Assembly (NCBI GenBank): GCA_046154735.1
Contig: JBJXFJ010000019.1
Coordinates: 1-53,404 of the forward strand
Length of the DNA: 53,404 nucleotides
Direction of reading: 5' to 3'
Origin: Chloroflexota bacterium
Lineage (GTDB): Bacteria > Chloroflexota > UBA6077 > JACCZL01
In this document: positions 47,647 to 53,404 of the stretch, piece after piece
How positions within the stretch are numbered: the stretch's first letter is position 1
Layout: each line of letters starts with the position of its first letter
Notes under the pieces: model-generated
Database searches by the model: none
Told to the model about the DNA's origin: nothing
Seen by the model: the letters and a program-made list of their open reading frames with translations, nothing else
Program-made: the position numbers and the translations under genes

Positions 47647-49314
47647 GTGGATGATTCGATGCAGGCATCGTACGTAACTCAATCTCCAGGCTCGCGGCGC
47701 AGAGCAAAATCGCCAGTCATTGGCGTTATCGTGATGGTAGTGGGCCTAGCACTCCTCCTCGGGTTCCATCAGACGACCGGGATCAGACGGGCCGAAGCTC
47801 AAGGCGCCGATTCCTGCCCGGAGCCAAACGATGAGTTCCAGACCGCCTGCCTGCTGAGTCCCGACGTCCCAGCTCGAGGGTTCATCTGGAGCCCCGGTGA
47901 CGTGGACGCCTACCGACTCGAGAATCCCGATTTCGACACCAGGATGAAGCTCGAGCTTAAGAGCCCAGGGCTTCGCTTCCGCGTGATTTTGGCGAACTGG
48001 AATGGCGAGGTGCTGCAGGTTGCCGGGGCGAACAACGGACTCGCAGCCATCGAGGCTACGCTGCCGCTCCCAGGCACCTATTATGCTTTTGTCCAGTCCG
48101 AAACGGGCGCATCAAGCGCCGACCAGCCGTATGAGCTCGGCGTGCGGTGGGACCTTACAACAAGCCATACGCCCAAGATCATTTGGTCCTTTGATTATCG
48201 GCCTCTAACGACAGATGGCGTCACCGGTGCGTCGGATGCCTACCAAAACCTCCGGGCAGATGGGAAGCAGACAACCACCGTCAGGCAGAGCGGCACGACT
48301 CAGGCCCCCAAGATGTCGTGGAATGCTCTCAGCGGCAGTCACGATCTGCGCGACTTCACCTTTACCTTTGATAGTCGGCAGCGGAGCAATGTCACCGGGG
48401 GATACATGGCGTACTTCCGGTATCGCGATTCCAACAATTTCCATCAGCTATTCGTCAATCTGGAAAAGCGTCAAGCGATGGTGATCAGGTGGGTCGATAA
48501 CCAACGCACGGTGAGTCTCGAATGGACGAACATCGCGGCGCTCCAGGATCCGCAAGCGGTGAACCGCACGACGATTAGCGCCCGGCGCGGCACGCTCTCG
48601 ATCAACATCAATGGCCAGAATGTGTTGAGCCTCCCCGACGATCCAACGGGCGGCGGTGACTTCGGCTACGGCACCATCACCTGGGGTGATCCGGCAAGTG
48701 TGAGCTTCGACAATGTGCTCGTCGCGGTTCCATCGACTCCAGCGGGGGCAATGATCCTTCGAGATGATTTCAGTGACCCACGCAATCCAGTACTGACCAC
48801 GTATTCATCTCCTACTGGGGTTGGGTCAATTGTCGAGGGCGAATACGTCCTCACAACTACTGATCCGGCTGGCGATCAGAGCGCCGGGAGATATCTCCCG
48901 CTCCATCACCGTGATGCGGAGCTCACGATTGACACACGCCTCGTTGGGGATCCAAAAGGAAAATACGTTGCCCTGGAATGTCGCGTGCAGGATTCGACAT
49001 CAGTAGCAGACGGTTACCGACTATCAATCTACCCTGAGAATGGGACATTTGCAATGAGACGCTACATTGACGGAAATGAGGAAATGCGAGTTGCGCACCG
49101 TGCATCGTCAGCCATTCGACGGAATGGAGAGTCGAATACGATTGGCCTGCGCTGTGCCGCGTCAACTATCACTGCTCTGGTCAATGGCGTTGAGGTTGCC
49201 TCATTCGAGGACTCCGCGTATCGGACTGGAAGATTCAGGATCAGCGCGGGGAGCTTTCGCGGTGCAGGTCCGGTCGATGCGCGATTCGACAACCTGCGCG
49301 TGGTGCAACCATGA
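47647..49314 (+). CDS. Exported or membrane-anchored protein: PPC-like domain plus two ConA/DUF1080-like beta-sandwich domains
   Basis: Hydrophobic N-terminal segment; D..PEPND...A..L...GDVDAY..GTYY; two repeats ending SFDNVLV and RFDNLRV, with INGQNV and VNGVEV. Confidence 0.65.
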   Translation: MDDSMQASYVTQSPGSRRRAKSPVIGVIVMVVGLALLLGFHQTTGIRRAEAQGADSCPEPNDEFQTACLLSPDVPARGFIWSPGDVDAYRLENPDFDTRMKLELKSPGLRFRVILANWNGEVLQVAGANNGLAAIEATLPLPGTYYAFVQSETGASSADQPYELGVRWDLTTSHTPKIIWSFDYRPLTTDGVTGASDAYQNLRADGKQTTTVRQSGTTQAPKMSWNALSGSHDLRDFTFTFDSRQRSNVTGGYMAYFRYRDSNNFHQLFVNLEKRQAMVIRWVDNQRTVSLEWTNIAALQDPQAVNRTTISARRGTLSININGQNVLSLPDDPTGGGDFGYGTITWGDPASVSFDNVLVAVPSTPAGAMILRDDFSDPRNPVLTTYSSPTGVGSIVEGEYVLTTTDPAGDQSAGRYLPLHHRDAELTIDTRLVGDPKGKYVALECRVQDSTSVADGYRLSIYPENGTFAMRRYIDGNEEMRVAHRASSAIRRNGESNTIGLRCAASTITALVNGVEVASFEDSAYRTGRFRISAGSFRGAGPVDARFDNLRVVQP

Positions 49315-49587
49315 TGGCCCCAATCGATGAATCAAGGCGAAATATCGGACCGGTCTTTGCGCTCCGGTGATCTCTGAGGCACGTATCGATGGCACTGAAA
49401 TGAACCGGGGAAAGCGGTGTACTCGCTTCCAGGCCATGAATCTCCCTTCTCTCTGGAGCATGGCGCGGAATCGCGGCCGTGCGCTTAGGCTGACGAGGTC
49501 AGGTGCGTGCTGCCATCGGCTCATCCTCTCCGGGACACTCACTAGGCCGAGACCCGCAACCCGACCTGGAGAACGGATGTGGCCTTA

Positions 49588-49760
49588 GTATTCTGTCAGA
49601 TAAGGTCTGCGGGGCTCTTCCGCCACCAGTGGTATTGTGCATCTTGCCGGACAGTGACGAGCCGACCGCGCGGCGACGAGCAGGAACGCCCGATACTGTC
49701 GGGCAAGATGCCCGACACCACCGATGACCTCCACCCGACAATCCATGATTGACAGGGCAC
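49588..49760. mobile_element. Second MITE-like element (~173 bp) enclosing a REPIN
   Basis: TTAGTATTCTGTCA (49585-98) and TGACAGGGCACTAG (49750-63) are imperfect inverted ends (TAGTRYYCTGTCA) with TA/YTAG flanks. Confidence 0.4.
49629..49721. repeat. REPIN-like doublet
   Basis: 27-bp arms, 23/27 complementary; the right arm contains the palindrome TGTCGGGCAAGATGCCCGACA. Confidence 0.7.
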
Positions 49761-49773
49761 TAGGTCTACAGAG

Positions 49774-51096
49774 ATGACGGTCGTTCCGGGGCAAATGCTT
49801 GGGCGCTACCGGGTGATCGAGTCGATCGGTAAGGGCGGCATGGCAACCGTCTTCCGTGCCTTCCAGCCGAGCCTCGACCGGTATGTGGCCATCAAGGTAC
49901 TACCCGATCATCTTGCCGCGGAACCGGGCTTCCGAGAGCGCTTTCGCGCTGAAGCGCTCGCCATTGCGCGACTCAATCACCCCAACATCCCGTCCATTTT
50001 TGAGTTTGGGTATGAGCACGATGTCACCGGAGAGTCGTTTGAAGCACGAGGCGAACCCGCGGACAGCGCCCCAACGGTACAGTTGCCCGGAGCCAACGAG
50101 ACCACCCAAATCATGGAGTTGCCTGACAATTGGCAGGCTCTCGGGGCATCGTATCTCGTCACGGAGCTCGCTGAGGGTGGAACGCTGGCCGAGCTACTTG
50201 CTCGTGAGCTTCCCGGTGACAAACCCACTGCCCACCAGCCCCAGGGCGATCGCGCAACGGCGGCCGGGCGCGGGCTGAGCGTGGCGGAGACCGTGCGCAT
50301 CCTGGGACCCATTGCATCGGCTCTCGATTATGCCCATCGGCGGGGTGTGATCCACCGCGACGTCAAGCCCTCGAACATCCTCTTCCGTGGTGATGGCGTC
50401 CCATTACTCGGGGACTTCGGCCTATCACGGATGATCGAGTCGGGCTCGGATCAGCGGCTTACCAGAACGGGCATCTTCCTTGGCACTCCGGCGTATATGA
50501 GTCCAGAGCAGGCCGAGGGGAAGACCGGTGACGCCGCGAGCGACCGCTACAGTTTCGCCGTTGTCGCCTACGAGATGCTGACGGGACAGCCGCCCTTTAC
50601 TGCTGAAACACCACTGGCGGTGCTGCTCGCCGTGTTGCGACGACCGCTGCTGCTGCCCAGAACGATTAACCCATCCATCAGCGCCGCCGCGGAGCGAGTG
50701 CTGCTCAAGGGTCTGGCCCGAGACCCCAGAGACCGATACCTAACGGTGAGTGACTTCATCGCTCAGCTTTCCGCAACCATTCCTCCGCCGACCGGAGTGG
50801 CGCCACCTCGTTCACGACGCAGATGGGCCCTTGGCGCGGCGGGAGCTCTGCTTGTCGCAACTGTGACGGGCATCGCTGTTCGGACCAGCCGCGATGTTCC
50901 GCCGGATTCGCCGCCAGCCACCAGTCCCGGCGCCACCTTGCCTCCCACAGCGGCGTCAATTGTGGCAACCCGTCCGCAGGGAGCGGCGTCTCCAGCCGTC
51001 TCTCCAGCCGCTTCGCCCTCACCTTCTCCGCAGCCAACTCAGCCACCCCGACCAGAACCGACCCTGCCAGTCCGGCTGCCAGGACGTCCGGTCTAG
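49774..51096 (+). CDS. Hanks-type Ser/Thr protein kinase with TM segment and Pro-rich tail
   Basis: IGKGGMATV, VAIKVL, HRDVKPSNIL, DFGL, GTPAYMSPEQ, SDRYS; TM WALGAAGALLVATVTGIAV. Confidence 0.93.
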   Translation: MTVVPGQMLGRYRVIESIGKGGMATVFRAFQPSLDRYVAIKVLPDHLAAEPGFRERFRAEALAIARLNHPNIPSIFEFGYEHDVTGESFEARGEPADSAPTVQLPGANETTQIMELPDNWQALGASYLVTELAEGGTLAELLARELPGDKPTAHQPQGDRATAAGRGLSVAETVRILGPIASALDYAHRRGVIHRDVKPSNILFRGDGVPLLGDFGLSRMIESGSDQRLTRTGIFLGTPAYMSPEQAEGKTGDAASDRYSFAVVAYEMLTGQPPFTAETPLAVLLAVLRRPLLLPRTINPSISAAAERVLLKGLARDPRDRYLTVSDFIAQLSATIPPPTGVAPPRSRRRWALGAAGALLVATVTGIAVRTSRDVPPDSPPATSPGATLPPTAASIVATRPQGAASPAVSPAASPSPSPQPTQPPRPEPTLPVRLPGRPV

Positions 51097-51243
51097 TGGT
51101 GGAGGTTCGATCAAATCCGAATACTGTGATGACGTGACAAGCCACATCACCTGGACTGCTGTGAGGGTCTTGCATTCCGGCGGGTGAGCTGCACACTCAC
51201 TCGGAGACCGTTGGGTCCGCCCAGAACCCGGGACGCCATAGGC

Positions 51244-51351
51244 CCGGCATTTGGAGTGGGGCGTGCGGGAGAGCCGCTTTCTTTATCCCCCGGACGGGGC
51301 CTGGAGGAACATCCAAAGCGGCGCACCAGCACGCCCCACTCTAAATGCCGG
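51244..51351. repeat. REPIN-like doublet (TTGGAGTG..GCCGCTTT type)
   Basis: 37-bp arms 51244-51280 and 51315-51351, 33/37 complementary. Confidence 0.75.
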
Positions 51352-51468
51352 TCAAAAACAGTGTTCGGTCTCAGCCAAGGCCGTCTTTGACTGCTGACGC
51401 CACATGGACTTCCTCGTACAATCCCGCACGCTGCCACCGGAGCAAACGGCACAGGAGCTCAGACACTC

Positions 51469-52224
51469 GTGACACTCGTTCTTATCATTGTTGGCCTCAT
51501 TCTGATCGCTATGGCAATCGGACTCTTTTACGCTGCTCTGAGCACACAGCGGAAGACGGCCGCCATGAGCGCCCTGGCCACATCAAGCGCTGGCAGCGTC
51601 ATCAGCCTTTACTCGGGTGAGCCAGCCGAAGTACGTGGAACCCTCCGCTGCGAATCACCACTCACATCGGAATTTGCCGGGGAGCCGTGTGCCTATTTCT
51701 CAACGCAGCTCACGCGCGAATATGAAGAGCAGGAGCGAGACTCCGATGGACGGACGCGCTGGAATCGAAAATCGGAGTCGATCGCGTCGAGCACGCAGCG
51801 CGTGGGATTCACCGTGGAGGATGAAACCGGCGCCGTCCGAGTGGACCCGGAGGGCGCTGACATCGACGCCCTGCAGGTGGTCAACCGTTTTGAGCAAGAC
51901 CACGCCGGCGGGATCACCATCGGTGGAGTATCGATTGATCTCGGCCTGGGTACGGTCTCGGGGCGGCGCATCCTGGGCTATCGGTCCACTGAGCACGTGC
52001 TCCGGCTTGACTCTCCAGTCTATGTGATCGGAGTGGTGAATGAGGAGAAGGACATTGCCTCTGCGCCCGCCGGAATGAAAGACAGGCCATTCATTATCAG
52101 CTATCGTTCAGAAGAAGCTCTGAAGTCCGCCTGGCAGGATTCAGCTCGATGGCTGCGGCGTGGGAGCATGGCCTGTTGCGCTATCGGCGTGCTGCTCCTG
52201 CTCTCCGCGGCGATCTGGCGCTAG
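51469..52224 (+). CDS. GIDE-domain (E3 ligase-associated domain) membrane protein without RING
   Basis: N- and C-terminal TMs; AEVRG, PLTSEFAGEPCAY, FTVEDETGAVRVDP, EHVL...VYVIG, PFIISYRSEE. Confidence 0.7.
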   Translation: MTLVLIIVGLILIAMAIGLFYAALSTQRKTAAMSALATSSAGSVISLYSGEPAEVRGTLRCESPLTSEFAGEPCAYFSTQLTREYEEQERDSDGRTRWNRKSESIASSTQRVGFTVEDETGAVRVDPEGADIDALQVVNRFEQDHAGGITIGGVSIDLGLGTVSGRRILGYRSTEHVLRLDSPVYVIGVVNEEKDIASAPAGMKDRPFIISYRSEEALKSAWQDSARWLRRGSMACCAIGVLLLLSAAIWR

Positions 52225-53404
52225 TGCCACTCGTGCCGAGACTGCCTGAAATAGATACCATCATCATCGGCGCCGGTCTCGCCGGGCTCGCGGCTGCTCT
52301 CAAACTGAACGATTGCGGGCGAGCCTGCGTGGTGCTGGAGGCACGTGACCGTGTAGGTGGGCGAGTCCATACCATTCGGCACCCATTTTCAGACGGTTTA
52401 CATGCTGAAGCGGGCGCAGAGTACATCAACGCCGAGCATGAGCATGTTCAGGCGTTGCTTCGCCGATTCAACCTCCTCAATGGTCGTGCTCAGTCCGCGC
52501 CACGCCTGTACGCCTTTCTTAACCGGCGAGGCATCGGACAGACTGTTGCAAGCCTTGGAGCGGACGTTGCCACAGACCTGCGCCAGCTCGGACGTCGCAC
52601 GGCGGCACTGGGACGGATGATCCCGGACCCGCGGCTTCCCTGGACGGCGCCAACGGCGAAGGAGCTTGATGCTCGCTCAGTACGGGACTGGCTGCAGGAG
52701 CTTGCACTCAGTCCGGTGACCTTCTCCTATCTCAGCGTCTGGCAGCGGCTGGATTACGCAATCGAGAACGACCAAATCTCTCTCCTCCAGCTCGCTCGCG
52801 ATGATCGGCTCTATCGGGCAGCCCAGGGGCAACGCGCGGTTCGTCCTCCTCAAGCCATGGATTCCCTGCCCCGGGCCATGGCCGCGGAGCTCGGCGATCG
52901 AGTGGTCTGTAACGCCGAGGTCACATCAATCGAACACTCGGATCACGGTGTGACCGTCGCGTTTCATCGAGACGGGCGGCCGTGGAGCATTCGGGGGAAC
53001 CAACTCGTCCTGGCCGTGCCCGCAACGGTTGTGCCTGACATTACGATCACCCCCAGTCTGCCTGAAGCACATGAGCACGCGCTCCGCGGACTTCGGTATG
53101 GAACAGTTGTGAAGGTACTGATGCAGTTCCGTCACCGATTCTGGCTTGCTGAGAGCCGGATTCGCGGAGTAATGACTGATCTGCCGTTTCTTTCCGCGTG
53201 GGATGCAACCCACGACCAGGCCGGCACCCGGGGAATTCTGGGCACCTATACCGCCGGTGAGAACGGGCGGCTTCTGGCCGCCATGAGCGATGCGGAGCGC
53301 TTTGACTGGTGCCTCGCGCAGCTCGAGCAAATCTTCCCTGCAGCAGCCACCCATTTTGAGGCTGGCTATTCCGCGGTTTGGGACCGGGAGCCTTTCACCC
53401 GCGG
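52224..53404 (+). CDS. Flavin monoamine oxidase family protein (partial; runs off the window)
   Basis: Not in the ORF track because there is no stop. Frame from GTG 52224 (alternative 52233) gives IIGAGLAGLAAA, VLEARDRVGGRVHT, AEAGAEYI, YGTVVKVLMQF..RFW, WDREPFTR. Confidence 0.9.
   Translation, partial: MPLVPRLPEIDTIIIGAGLAGLAAALKLNDCGRACVVLEARDRVGGRVHTIRHPFSDGLHAEAGAEYINAEHEHVQALLRRFNLLNGRAQSAPRLYAFLNRRGIGQTVASLGADVATDLRQLGRRTAALGRMIPDPRLPWTAPTAKELDARSVRDWLQELALSPVTFSYLSVWQRLDYAIENDQISLLQLARDDRLYRAAQGQRAVRPPQAMDSLPRAMAAELGDRVVCNAEVTSIEHSDHGVTVAFHRDGRPWSIRGNQLVLAVPATVVPDITITPSLPEAHEHALRGLRYGTVVKVLMQFRHRFWLAESRIRGVMTDLPFLSAWDATHDQAGTRGILGTYTAGENGRLLAAMSDAERFDWCLAQLEQIFPAAATHFEAGYSAVWDREPFTR

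Noticed and set aside
49315-49584. Short ORFs or possible pseudogene remnant
   Set aside because: No recognisable protein similarity in the listed translations
49749-49773. TTGACA in the MITE-like end as a -35 box for the kinase
   Set aside because: No -10 at 16-18 bp spacing before the ATG

Overview
GC-rich bacterial chromosomal window, most likely Chloroflexota. That assignment is inferred from the DUF2298/'Chlor_Arch_YYY' and TIGR03663-type proteins and the Pro/Ala-rich lipoprotein linkers; no database search was run, and all family names come from recognised motifs. Left to right: (1) a mutS-mutL-mug repair operon; (2) a ~19 kb minus-strand glycosylation cluster (5107-24142) with four large GT-C-fold membrane proteins carrying five GT-C-like modules, three UPF0104 flippase-like paralogs, a GT4, a SAM methyltransferase, a CDP-tyvelose-epimerase-like SDR and UDP-glucose dehydrogenase; (3) a thiolase, an LppX/LolA-like exported protein, glcDF, rpsF-ssb-rpsR and a PrsA/SurA-like PPIase; (4) a divergent locus with two paralogous Fe3+/polyamine-type ABC ATPase+permease modules, two tandem substrate-binding lipoproteins, an amidohydrolase and a bicupin; (5) a GAF histidine kinase/OmpR pair, an exported lectin-like protein, a Ser/Thr kinase with unusual inserts, a GIDE-domain protein and a flavin amine oxidase cut off by the window edge. 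Intergenic DNA holds several distinct REP/REPIN-like palindromes, two of them inside MITE-like elements with YTAG flanks, plus a structured 5' leader upstream of the first ABC permease. The best candidates for uncharacterised biology are the multi-GT-C/flippase-like glycosylation cluster, the candidate cis-regulatory RNA and the MITE/REPIN composites. No rRNA, tRNA, CRISPR array or transposase was seen.
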